From Candidatus Tepidiaquacellales bacterium OLB5 (GTDB lineage: Bacteria > Bacteroidota > Ignavibacteria > Tepidaquicellales > OLB5): DNA of 64,000 nucleotides. Of this stretch, positions 46,342 through 54,576 are shown one piece after another. The position numbers and the translations under genes are program-made. The DNA lies in the NCBI GenBank assembly GCA_001567545.1, contig LLZO01000385.1, positions 1,318 to 65,317 of the forward strand, given 5' to 3'. Below the pieces are notes generated by a model. It had not been told where the DNA came from. It ran no database searches and saw nothing but the letters and a program-made list of their open reading frames with translations. The first letter of the stretch is position 1; every line of letters begins with the position of its first letter.

Positions 46342-47184
46342 TCAGTAGCTTTCAGATCTTGAAGGAAATTTTTTACTCTTCACATCCTTAATATAATTTC
46401 TGAAGGCATTTTTTGCCTGTTCGGCAATGTTAAGATATTTACGCACAAAGCGCGGGTGGAACATTTCTGTCATACCCAGCATATCATGTGTTACAAGTAT
46501 CTGCCCGTCGCAGTTAATTCCTGCTCCAATACCAATTGTCGGAATCTTTAAAGAAGCAGTTACTTTTTTAGCAAGCGAAGCAGGAATTTTTTCCAGCACT
46601 ATCCCAAAGCATCCGGCATCCTGCAGAATTTTCGCATCCTTCTGTATCTGCCTGGCTTCTTTCGGATCAGTACCGCGCGTCACATAAGTGCCGAAAATAT
46701 TTATCGATTGCGGAGTTAATCCAAGGTGCCCCATAACAGGAATACCCACTTTTACCAGGTGTTTAACGGTTTCCGCAATACGCTCTCCGCCTTCAAGCTT
46801 TACTGCATCAGCGCCGGTTTCTTTCATTACCCTTCCGCAATTGCGGACAGATTCCTGCAGGTCAACATGGTAACTCATGAACGGCAGATCAACAACAAGC
46901 AGGGCAGTTTTAACTGCTTTCCTTACAATTTTTGCATGGTAAATAATTTCATCAAGTGTTACTGTAAGGGTAGTTGCATTACCCTGGATAACATTCCCCA
47001 GGGAGTCGCCAACAAGCATAACATCAATACCGGCTTCATCTAGATAGCGTGACATCAGAAAATCATATGCAGTAAGTGCAGAAATTATTTCGCCACGCTG
47101 CTTCATTGTTACAAGCGTTTTTGTTGTGATCTTTTTCCGCTCTTTTTTCTGCCCCGCTGTTAATGATTTTCCTGTAGATGACAT
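46342..47184 (-). CDS. panB: 3-methyl-2-oxobutanoate hydroxymethyltransferase
   Basis: PanB blocks: LTAYDF, GIDVMLVGDSLG, VVDLPFMSY, GADAVKLEGG, IPVMGHLGLTPQS, GIVLEKIP, IPTIGIGAG..CDGQILV. Confidence 0.9.
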   Translation of the reverse strand: MSSTGKSLTAGQKKERKKITTKTLVTMKQRGEIISALTAYDFLMSRYLDEAGIDVMLVGDSLGNVIQGNATTLTVTLDEIIYHAKIVRKAVKTALLVVDLPFMSYHVDLQESVRNCGRVMKETGADAVKLEGGERIAETVKHLVKVGIPVMGHLGLTPQSINIFGTYVTRGTDPKEARQIQKDAKILQDAGCFGIVLEKIPASLAKKVTASLKIPTIGIGAGINCDGQILVTHDMLGMTEMFHPRFVRKYLNIAEQAKNAFRNYIKDVKSKKFPSRSESY

Positions 47185-47194
47185 AATTTATTAT

Positions 47195-48055
47195 TTAATT
47201 CATTATGAATTTAGTTTTCATCCTTGGTTCAACAAATTCAGCTATCCGGTTGATGCCGTTAAATTTTATCCCAAAAGTATCCCTGAAACCCATAAAAACA
47301 GCTTCTGCCGCTTCACGGTAACCTGCTTTTCTGCCTAGAATGTTGTTAATGCAATCGGTTTTTTCTTCAATTTCCTTTAGCATTTTAACGCGTTCTTCCC
47401 CGGTTATGTTCAGGTAATTTACAATATTTTTATGATGATTGCCAAGCAAAATTGAGCCGTGCTGCAGAACAATATCTCCGAATTTTCGCTGTGCACTACC
47501 TACCAGTTTTTTGCCCTTATAATTTATCTCATTTTTAATTGCACTGTTAAAACATAAATTATACATTCCGGTACGGATAAGCTTCATCAGGTCAGGTGTT
47601 TCTTTAGTGAAGGAAAGTACCTGCAGTTTCGGGTCAATGTTTCTTAAGCCGTTAAGAATAGCATATGAGATAACTTTATAAAGTTCATGAACAGGTTTTG
47701 ATGATCTGAAAATTACAGAATAGGTAAGCTCTTCACTGTGAAGTACAGCTCTGCCGCCTGTAGGGCGAACAACTACATCCAGGCCTTCTGCTCTGCATTT
47801 ATTGGTATCAATGTATACCTCCTTTGAAAGCCTTGTCTGGTTATATCCAAGAGAAATAGCATAGGGTTTCCAGCGGTAAAACCGGAGGAATGCAGTATCT
47901 TCTTTCCTGCATTTTTCCACAAGCTTAATATCAAGCTCCATATTGTATACACCGGAACGGTATCCTGTATCAAGGTACTCCCATTTTTTATTGGAAGTCA
48001 GTCCTGTAAGTGCAGGATTTTCCTTTTCATTATTTCCTGATGATCCCGCGTTCAC
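47195..48055 (-). CDS. Lipoate/octanoate protein ligase family protein (BPL/LPL catalytic domain)
   Basis: NMELD..L, LRFYRWKPYAISLGYNQ, RPTGGRAVLHSEELTYS, and the conserved Lys context GKKLVGSAQR. GTG start overlaps the upstream lpxA end by 26 nt. No alternative in-frame start is seen before the conserved domain. Confidence 0.72.
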   Translation of the reverse strand: MNAGSSGNNEKENPALTGLTSNKKWEYLDTGYRSGVYNMELDIKLVEKCRKEDTAFLRFYRWKPYAISLGYNQTRLSKEVYIDTNKCRAEGLDVVVRPTGGRAVLHSEELTYSVIFRSSKPVHELYKVISYAILNGLRNIDPKLQVLSFTKETPDLMKLIRTGMYNLCFNSAIKNEINYKGKKLVGSAQRKFGDIVLQHGSILLGNHHKNIVNYLNITGEERVKMLKEIEEKTDCINNILGRKAGYREAAEAVFMGFRDTFGIKFNGINRIAEFVEPRMKTKFIMN

Positions 48056-48800
48056 TGGTTTCGATAAATTGAATAATGTTCTGAACTTCAGCAGTTAATT
48101 CAACAGTATCTTTAACTGCTTTTACAGCATCGCTTATATTATATTCATTACCGTAAATAAGGTTATAAGTACTTTTAATGTTTTTTATTTGATCTTCGGT
48201 AAATCCGCGGCGTTTTAATCCAACAAGGTTTAAACCTTTATATCCAAGATTAGTACCGCCAGCAAGTATGTAAGGAGGTACATCCTGTGTTACTCTTGAT
48301 CCGAATGCAATAAATGAATGTGCGCCAATTTTAACAAACTGGTGTATTCCAACCATTCCGCCAACAGTTGCCCAGTCATCAATATAAACATGTCCTCCCA
48401 TATTAACAGAATTAGCCAGAATAACATTACTCCCTATTATTGAATCGTGCGCTACATGAACATATGACATAACAAGGCAGTTGCTGCCTATGGCAGATCT
48501 GCCAAGCGCGCTTGTGCCGCGGCTTAATGTAGCAAACTCTCTGATAACGGTATTATCACCAATTTCAAGAACAGAATATTCATTATTGAATTTTTTATCC
48601 TGCGGTACACAGCTGATAACTGCACTTTTAAAAATCTTCACACCATTGCCGATTCTTGCACCGCTTTCAACCTGAGCATTATAATGTATTTCGCAGTTTT
48701 CCCCAATCTGCACATCATCTTCGATAATGGCAAAATCTTTAATAACTGTACTGCTTCCTATAATTGCTTTAGGAGATATTATTGCTTTACTGCTAATCAA
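48030..48800 (-). CDS. lpxA: Acyl-ACP--UDP-N-acetylglucosamine O-acyltransferase, downstream paralogue
   Basis: Left-handed beta-helix hexapeptide repeats, catalytic His context YVHVAHDSIIGSN, LpxA C-terminal helical block GLNLVGLKRRGF...IK..Y..IY...FIETSERGI. Confidence 0.82.
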   Translation of the reverse strand: MISSKAIISPKAIIGSSTVIKDFAIIEDDVQIGENCEIHYNAQVESGARIGNGVKIFKSAVISCVPQDKKFNNEYSVLEIGDNTVIREFATLSRGTSALGRSAIGSNCLVMSYVHVAHDSIIGSNVILANSVNMGGHVYIDDWATVGGMVGIHQFVKIGAHSFIAFGSRVTQDVPPYILAGGTNLGYKGLNLVGLKRRGFTEDQIKNIKSTYNLIYGNEYNISDAVKAVKDTVELTAEVQNIIQFIETSERGIIRK

Positions 48801-48850
48801 TTATTTGATCTTTTTTTTAAAATTCAGAAATTTATGTAAAATAAAAAAAA

Positions 48851-49630
48851 TCAGCGGTTTCTTACAATTCCTCTTTCAGAGGTTTCAATAAAGCTGAGAA
48901 TATGCCCGATATCTTCGTTAATTTCCATTGAATCCTTTATTGCTTTAAGAGAATCGCTTACATTATATTTATCCGAATAAATATAACTGTAGGCTTCTTT
49001 TATCTTTGCTATTCTTTCATTTGTAAAGCCGCGCCTTCTTAATCCAACCAGGTTGAGACCCATATAAGTAAGCGGATTTCCGCCTGCTATAATAAAGGGC
49101 GGGATATCCTGCGTTACTTTTGATATGTATGAGATCAAACTGTGCCTGCCAACTTTTACAAACTGGTGAATGCCGACCAGTGTACTTACATATACCCAGT
49201 CTTCTATGGTTACATGCCCCGCAATTTCCACACAATTTACCAGTATAACATTATCCCCGATAATATCATCATGAGCAATGTGTGAGTAGTTCATTATATA
49301 GGTATTTTTACCGACTGTAGTTTTACCGGAATACGCAGTTCCCCTCGCTATTGTAGCATACTCCCTTACAACAGTGTTATCACCAATAAATAAACGGGTT
49401 GGTTCGTTTTTGTATTTCAGGTCCTGCGGATCTGATCCTACAACTGCTCCGTTATAAATTCTGCAGCTGCTGCCTATTGTAGTCCCGCTTTTAATAATTG
49501 CATTCTGTTCCACAACTGTATCATTTCCTAAAACTACATCATCTTCTATAACAGCAAAATCTTTTATAATAACATTGCTGCCAAGCTCTGCTTTTGGGGA
49601 TACAACTGCAAACCTGCCGATATTAGACAT
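48851..49630 (-). CDS. lpxA: Acyl-ACP--UDP-N-acetylglucosamine O-acyltransferase, upstream paralogue
   Basis: Same architecture: YSHIAHDDIIGDN, GIHQFVKVG, GLNLVGLRRRGF, FIETSERGI. By eye about half the residues match the downstream copy. Confidence 0.82.
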   Translation of the reverse strand: MSNIGRFAVVSPKAELGSNVIIKDFAVIEDDVVLGNDTVVEQNAIIKSGTTIGSSCRIYNGAVVGSDPQDLKYKNEPTRLFIGDNTVVREYATIARGTAYSGKTTVGKNTYIMNYSHIAHDDIIGDNVILVNCVEIAGHVTIEDWVYVSTLVGIHQFVKVGRHSLISYISKVTQDIPPFIIAGGNPLTYMGLNLVGLRRRGFTNERIAKIKEAYSYIYSDKYNVSDSLKAIKDSMEINEDIGHILSFIETSERGIVRNR

Positions 49631-49636
49631 TAATTG

Positions 49637-50899
49637 TTAAGTATTCTTATTTATTGTCTGTTCTATAATTACATTTTCTGTATCAGCAGATGTCTTTGTG
49701 ATCATTTCTCCTATTAAACCGATAGAGAAGAACTGTACTCCTACAATTGCCATTAAAATACCGACAAAAAATAAAGGCCTGCCGCTGATAGGGGTAGATT
49801 CAACGAATTTCAGGATGGTTAAATAAGCTATTATACAGAATCCTGCAAATGAGCTTAATACACCTAAAAATCCGAATAAATGAAGAGGACGTTTAATATA
49901 TTTGGTTGTGAATAAAACTGTAATCAGGTCAAACAACCCGTTGAAGAACCTTGAAAGTCCGTATTTTGTCTTTCCGTATTTGCGTTCATGATGGGTAACT
50001 GCTATTTCTGTTACCCGGAATCCTGATAAGTGGGCAAGTGCCGGAATATACCTGTGCATTTCTCCATAAACTCTTACATTCTTTACAACATCGCGCACAT
50101 ATGCTTTTAAACCGCAGTTATAATCATGCAGTTTTAAGCCTACCATCATGCTTGTAACACCGTTGAATAATTTTGAAGTATGCTTTTTTATGAACGGGTC
50201 ATGGCGGACTTTTTTCCAGCCTGAAACCAGATCGAAACCTTCATTAAGTTTTGCAATTAATGCAGGGATTTCCTCAGGGTCGTCCTGAAGATCTGCATCC
50301 ATTGTTATAACATAGTCGCCCTTGGCAGCTTTAAAGCCTTCCTGCAGCGCAGCTGATTTTCCGTAATTCCGTTTGAACTTTAAGCATTTAAAGCGGCTGT
50401 TCACACGGTTAATTTCCTGAATCTTTTTAAATGATTCATCAGTTGAACCGTCGTCAATGAACCATACTTCCCAATTGCACCTTAAGCTGTCCAGAACTTT
50501 TTTTAATGCTACAGAAAGCTCGACCAATGATTCTTCTTCATTGTAAAGCGGTACAATTACACTAATAGATTTATTGGAAAGATTAAGCTGCTGTGACTGC
50601 TGGTTTTGCCTGTTATCACGGCTGAAAAAACGCCTGTGATTGGGGTTTTTTCTGAAATACTTTTTATTTTGCGGTTTTTGTTCCTGCGTAGTTTCTTTAT
50701 TTTGCTGGTTTACAATTACTTTTTTACCGTTTTTTGATTTGCTGTTTTTGAAGCCGTTTTTATAACCGGATTTACCTTTGCTTTTATTTTCTGTTTCTGC
50801 CGGTTTAAAAGTACCGTTATTTTTCTCGTTTCCTGTTAATTCAACATTTTCCTGTAATGGTTTTTCTGCCGTTTTCACGGTTTGATGAAGCTCTTCCAC
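49637..50899 (-). CDS. GT2 polyprenol-phosphate glycosyltransferase (ArnC/GtrB/DPM1-like) with about 110-aa basic low-complexity N-terminal extension
   Basis: GT2 core from ISVIVPLYNEEESL, WFIDDGSTDES and TMDADLQDDPEE, with two C-terminal TM helices. The only in-frame starts upstream of the domain are GTG 50899 and GTG at codon 8, so the K/N/Q-rich extension has to be translated. Confidence 0.8.
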   Translation of the reverse strand: MEELHQTVKTAEKPLQENVELTGNEKNNGTFKPAETENKSKGKSGYKNGFKNSKSKNGKKVIVNQQNKETTQEQKPQNKKYFRKNPNHRRFFSRDNRQNQQSQQLNLSNKSISVIVPLYNEEESLVELSVALKKVLDSLRCNWEVWFIDDGSTDESFKKIQEINRVNSRFKCLKFKRNYGKSAALQEGFKAAKGDYVITMDADLQDDPEEIPALIAKLNEGFDLVSGWKKVRHDPFIKKHTSKLFNGVTSMMVGLKLHDYNCGLKAYVRDVVKNVRVYGEMHRYIPALAHLSGFRVTEIAVTHHERKYGKTKYGLSRFFNGLFDLITVLFTTKYIKRPLHLFGFLGVLSSFAGFCIIAYLTILKFVESTPISGRPLFFVGILMAIVGVQFFSIGLIGEMITKTSADTENVIIEQTINKNT

Positions 50900-51067
50900 G
50901 AAATCCTTTCAAATTTTGAGTATTCATAAAAATATCGTTCAAAATTAACCATTAATGTTTGCAAAAACAATCTTAAAATGTAAAAATTGCTGAAAAATTG
51001 GAATAAATGACAAATATTTCATCAGGCGATTGTACATTTTTTATTAATTGAGGTATGTTCCAAAAGG

Positions 51068-51108
51068 GCAAAAAAAAGCCGCTAAGTAATTTGGGTTACT
51101 TTAGCGGC
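51068..51108 (-). terminator. Rho-independent terminator (minus strand)
   Basis: gccgctaagtaa / ttactttagcggc stem (one bulge), with A8 on the plus strand giving a U-run on the minus transcript. About 110 nt downstream of the stop at 51219. Confidence 0.75.
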
Positions 51109-51218
51109 ACAGAGGATATTGGTGAGTTTGAAGAATTGTGTAACACTTTTTCATTTTCATTATTTAGTGTTTGATAGTTGTACTAAAGAATGAATATTAT
51201 TGTTCCGGTTATATAAAA

Positions 51219-51716
51219 TTAATTTACCGGTTTAGCATTTTCATTAATTTGATAGTGTACAGGAGTATTCCTTTCAGGTGCAGTCCTTAAATATTCACGG
51301 TAATTATTTTTTTGTTCTGAAGTTAACAGCGCTTCAATCTTATTATCAAGCTCATTGTGGCTGAATGTTGAGCGGTCATGAGATGATGCATAATCCAGTA
51401 CTGCAGAATACAATTTCGTTTTTTGGTCATCAGTTAAGTTTAGCCTTTCAGCCAGCATTTTACTCATATCCTCAGCCATCAGCTCTGATTCATTTTTTAT
51501 ATCACTGAAAGGACCCGGTTTTTTACCCATTGGGTCATCGTCATTTTGGCCCCCATGCTGATTAACTGCCGGAGATTCATTTATATCTTTTGGTGCATCT
51601 TCGTGCTGTGCAAAAGTTTTAGAACCTGCTATCATTGATGCAATAAAAAATACCGTGTATACTATAATTTTTAATGTATCAAAAAATGGCCTGGTTATTA
51701 TCGCTGAAATTTTCAT
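51219..51716 (-). CDS. Hypothetical secreted/periplasmic protein with LTxxQ-type helical repeats (Spy/CpxP-like, tentative)
   Basis: N-terminal hydrophobic helix. Two L(T)xxQK motifs (LNLTDDQKTKL, LLTSEQKNNY). The family call is weak. Confidence 0.4.
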   Translation of the reverse strand: MKISAIITRPFFDTLKIIVYTVFFIASMIAGSKTFAQHEDAPKDINESPAVNQHGGQNDDDPMGKKPGPFSDIKNESELMAEDMSKMLAERLNLTDDQKTKLYSAVLDYASSHDRSTFSHNELDNKIEALLTSEQKNNYREYLRTAPERNTPVHYQINENAKPVN

Positions 51717-51920
51717 TTATTATTATTACTTAACTAATATAAATCTGCACAAATTTAGTCAGCAGATTGTAATTCAGTTTGTATGAATTGTAACAGGATG
51801 TAAAAAAAATCATATGGTAAAGGTAAAATGATAAACTAAAGTAAATTCTGAATATAAATAACAAATCGTATAATACTGAAAAAATATATATTTATAATAT
51901 ATTTCATGGGGAATATATTA

Positions 51921-51953
51921 TAAAATAAATAAAAACTCCCTGTATCAGGGAGT
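51921..51953 (-). terminator. Rho-independent terminator (minus strand)
   Basis: aactccctg / cagggagtt stem, 3-nt loop, and a U-rich run on the minus transcript. 24 nt after the YqaA-like stop. Confidence 0.8.
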
Positions 51954-51976
51954 TAAAAGTATAATAATTAAATATT

Positions 51977-52591
51977 TTAAACGGCGTATTTAACAAGCAC
52001 AAATCCGCCAATCAGCAAAGCTGTAAATACAAGCGCAAGTATGTTGAAATATTTATCAATAAAATTCCTTATCTTTTCACCGAATTTCCAGATCAGGAAA
52101 GCTACAAGGAAAAATCTTGCTCCGCGGCTTACAACTGATGCTATAATGAACATCGGGATATTGATATTGAAAATTCCGCTGGTTATTGTAAACAGTTTAT
52201 ATGGAATAGGTGTAAATCCTGCTGTAAAAATTATCCAGAAGTCCCATTTCTTATACTGTATTTCAATTTCATTAAAAGCCTGCTGAGTAAATCCGGGAAT
52301 ATGGTCAAAGAAGAATTTTGCAATCCAGGTAAAATCACCTGCTGTATTATACCATAGGAAATGACCGATAGAATATCCTCCCAATGCTCCCAACACTGAT
52401 GCAATAGTGCAGTATAGCGCAAACTTAAATGATAATTTACGGCTTCCTAAACATAATGCAATTAATAATGCATCGGGGGGTATTGGAAAAAAAGAAGATT
52501 CAATAAATGATAATATAAATAATGCAACCAGGCCGTACGGAGTTTCCGCCCAGTGAAGCACCCAGTCATACAGTTTTCTTAATGGTTTCAA
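51977..52591 (-). CDS. YqaA/DedA-superfamily membrane protein
   Basis: FILSFIESSFFPIPPDALLIAL motif and 4-5 TM helices, as in COG1238 YqaA proteins. Confidence 0.72.
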   Translation of the reverse strand: MKPLRKLYDWVLHWAETPYGLVALFILSFIESSFFPIPPDALLIALCLGSRKLSFKFALYCTIASVLGALGGYSIGHFLWYNTAGDFTWIAKFFFDHIPGFTQQAFNEIEIQYKKWDFWIIFTAGFTPIPYKLFTITSGIFNINIPMFIIASVVSRGARFFLVAFLIWKFGEKIRNFIDKYFNILALVFTALLIGGFVLVKYAV

Positions 52592-52769
52592 TAAAATATC
52601 CCTGAATTTTATTTAAAATGACAAAGATATAAATTAGCGTTATTATTAAAAATGTTCAAATTTAGTCAGTAAAACACTATTTTAAAAATAAAACCGGATA
52701 AGATATTTATATTGATAAAACCTTTTAAAACAGGTAAATTTGATGAATAATTTCACAAAAAATCAGATT

Positions 52770-54446
52770 ATGCCTACATTTTTACTCGACGGAAAAGAAC
52801 TGGAATTTAAACCGGGACAGACTATAATTGAAGCAGCAAAAGCTGCGGGAATTGAAATTCCCCATTTCTGCTGGCACCCCTCATTAAGTGTTGCAGGAAA
52901 CTGCCGTATTTGTTTAGTGGAAGTTGAAAAAGCGCCTAAGGGAATGATTGCATGCGCCACGCAGATCAATGATGGAATGGTTGTACATACAAACTCTCCT
53001 AAAGCAATTGCAATGCGCAATGCAGTAATGGAATTTCTTTTAATAAACCATCCGCTTGACTGCCCTATATGTGATGAAGCAGGTGAATGCAAGCTGCAGG
53101 ACTACGCTTATAAATACAGCATAGGCAAATCAAGATTTGACGAAACAAAAAATCACAAGGATAAACGTGTTGAGCTTGGTCCGAATGTAATGTTTGACCA
53201 GGAACGCTGCATAAGCTGCTCACGCTGCATAAGATATTGCGAAGAAGTAGTTGGCGACCCCCAGCTTACATTTGTAAACCGCGGAGAAAAAGTTACCATC
53301 GAGACTTTCCCCGGTAAAAAGCTTGATAACCCGTATTCTATGAATGTTATTGAACTTTGCCCTGTTGGAGCACTTACTTCCCGTGATTTCCGTTTCCGTG
53401 CAAGAGTCTGGGATATGAGCCATACAAACAGTATCTGCACTGGATGCGCAAGAGGCTGTAATATGGAAGTATGGGTAAGGGATAACATTGTAAAGAGATT
53501 AATTCCGCGCGAAAATATGGATGTAAACCAGTACTGGATGTGTGACTACGGCAGGCTTAATACCTATAAGTTTATTAATGATGAGAATACAAGGGTAAAT
53601 TCACCTATGATGCGTGAAGAAAACGTTACCGGTGAAGGCTCAGGATTAAAACCTGTAGAATGGGATGACGTAATTGCAAGGATAATTTCAGAAATAAAAA
53701 ATTACAGGTCTGATGAAATTGCTTTTATTGCTTCACCTTATTCAACACTTGAAGATAATTTTGTTCTGCAGCGCTTTGCAAAGGAAATAGTTGGCACTGA
53801 TAATATAGTTTATATACCCAATATCCAGGGTGAAGATGACAAGCTTTTATTAAGGGCAGATAAAACCCCCAATTCCACAGGCTTAAATCTTCTTGGTATT
53901 GAACCTATTAATACAAAGTTCATTGATAAGCTGCTTAGCAGGCAGATAAAAATGGTTTACGTTCTCAACGACAGCCTTGGCAGGCTGGAAAGAACTGAAG
54001 AAATTGCAAAAGCTATTGAGGTAGCTGTTCTGCAGATAAGTAATTTCCATGAATACAGCCATAAAGCAACTGCAATTCTGCCGGCATCAACATATGCAGA
54101 GATAAACGGAACATTTGTTAATTTTCAGAACAGGGTGCAGCGCATAAGGCCCGCAGTTGCATCACTTGAACAGGAGAGATTGCCCGGTGAGTTTTCTGTA
54201 AGCAGGCTGGATAAATTCGGCTCTCATAATGACAGGTGGACTAAAGGCACTAGATACAATGCACGCCCCGCATGGAAGGTAATTTGCCAGGCTGCTAATG
54301 CTATGGGACATGATTTCGGGTATACAAATACAGAAGATGTTTTTGACGATATTGCAGCAAAAGTTCCAGCTTTTGCAGGCATGAGCTATGACCAGATCGG
54401 TGAGCTTGGGATGGTTGTTGGTGCTGCAGAAGCTGTTACCGCATAA
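52770..54446 (+). CDS. NuoG-like iron-sulfur protein (2Fe-2S + 4Fe-4S + truncated molybdopterin-oxidoreductase domain)
   Basis: FLLDGKELEF..GQTIIEAA, HFCWHPSLSVAGNCRICLVEV, NHPLDCPICDEAGECKLQDY, RCISCSRCIRYC, LCPVGALT, CTGCARGCN. These are the NADH-quinone oxidoreductase subunit G cluster-binding blocks. ATG 52770 preferred, because TTG 52740 lies inside a TAAATTTG motif. Confidence 0.78.
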   Translation: MPTFLLDGKELEFKPGQTIIEAAKAAGIEIPHFCWHPSLSVAGNCRICLVEVEKAPKGMIACATQINDGMVVHTNSPKAIAMRNAVMEFLLINHPLDCPICDEAGECKLQDYAYKYSIGKSRFDETKNHKDKRVELGPNVMFDQERCISCSRCIRYCEEVVGDPQLTFVNRGEKVTIETFPGKKLDNPYSMNVIELCPVGALTSRDFRFRARVWDMSHTNSICTGCARGCNMEVWVRDNIVKRLIPRENMDVNQYWMCDYGRLNTYKFINDENTRVNSPMMREENVTGEGSGLKPVEWDDVIARIISEIKNYRSDEIAFIASPYSTLEDNFVLQRFAKEIVGTDNIVYIPNIQGEDDKLLLRADKTPNSTGLNLLGIEPINTKFIDKLLSRQIKMVYVLNDSLGRLERTEEIAKAIEVAVLQISNFHEYSHKATAILPASTYAEINGTFVNFQNRVQRIRPAVASLEQERLPGEFSVSRLDKFGSHNDRWTKGTRYNARPAWKVICQAANAMGHDFGYTNTEDVFDDIAAKVPAFAGMSYDQIGELGMVVGAAEAVTA

Positions 54447-54478
54447 TTTTGTCCAATTTTATATTATAATTTGTTTAT

Positions 54479-54507
54479 CAAGGGTTCAGATTGAACCCTT
54501 CTTAATT
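54479..54507 (+). terminator. Probable terminator hairpin
   Basis: aagggttca / tgaaccctt 9-bp stem with 3-nt loop. The downstream run is only moderately T-rich (cttaattt). Confidence 0.6.
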
Positions 54508-54576
54508 TAGAATTAATGATTATTCTTAATGTTCTGTACAAAACATGTTTTAAAAATACTAGATGCTTAAAATCAA

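Noticed and set aside
51750-51762. 13-mer CAAATTTAGTCAG shared with 52657..52669 in two promoter-like regions
   Set aside because: My rough estimate for this window size and base composition is on the order of a hundred chance 13-mer coincidences, so a single shared 13-mer is not evidence of a motif.
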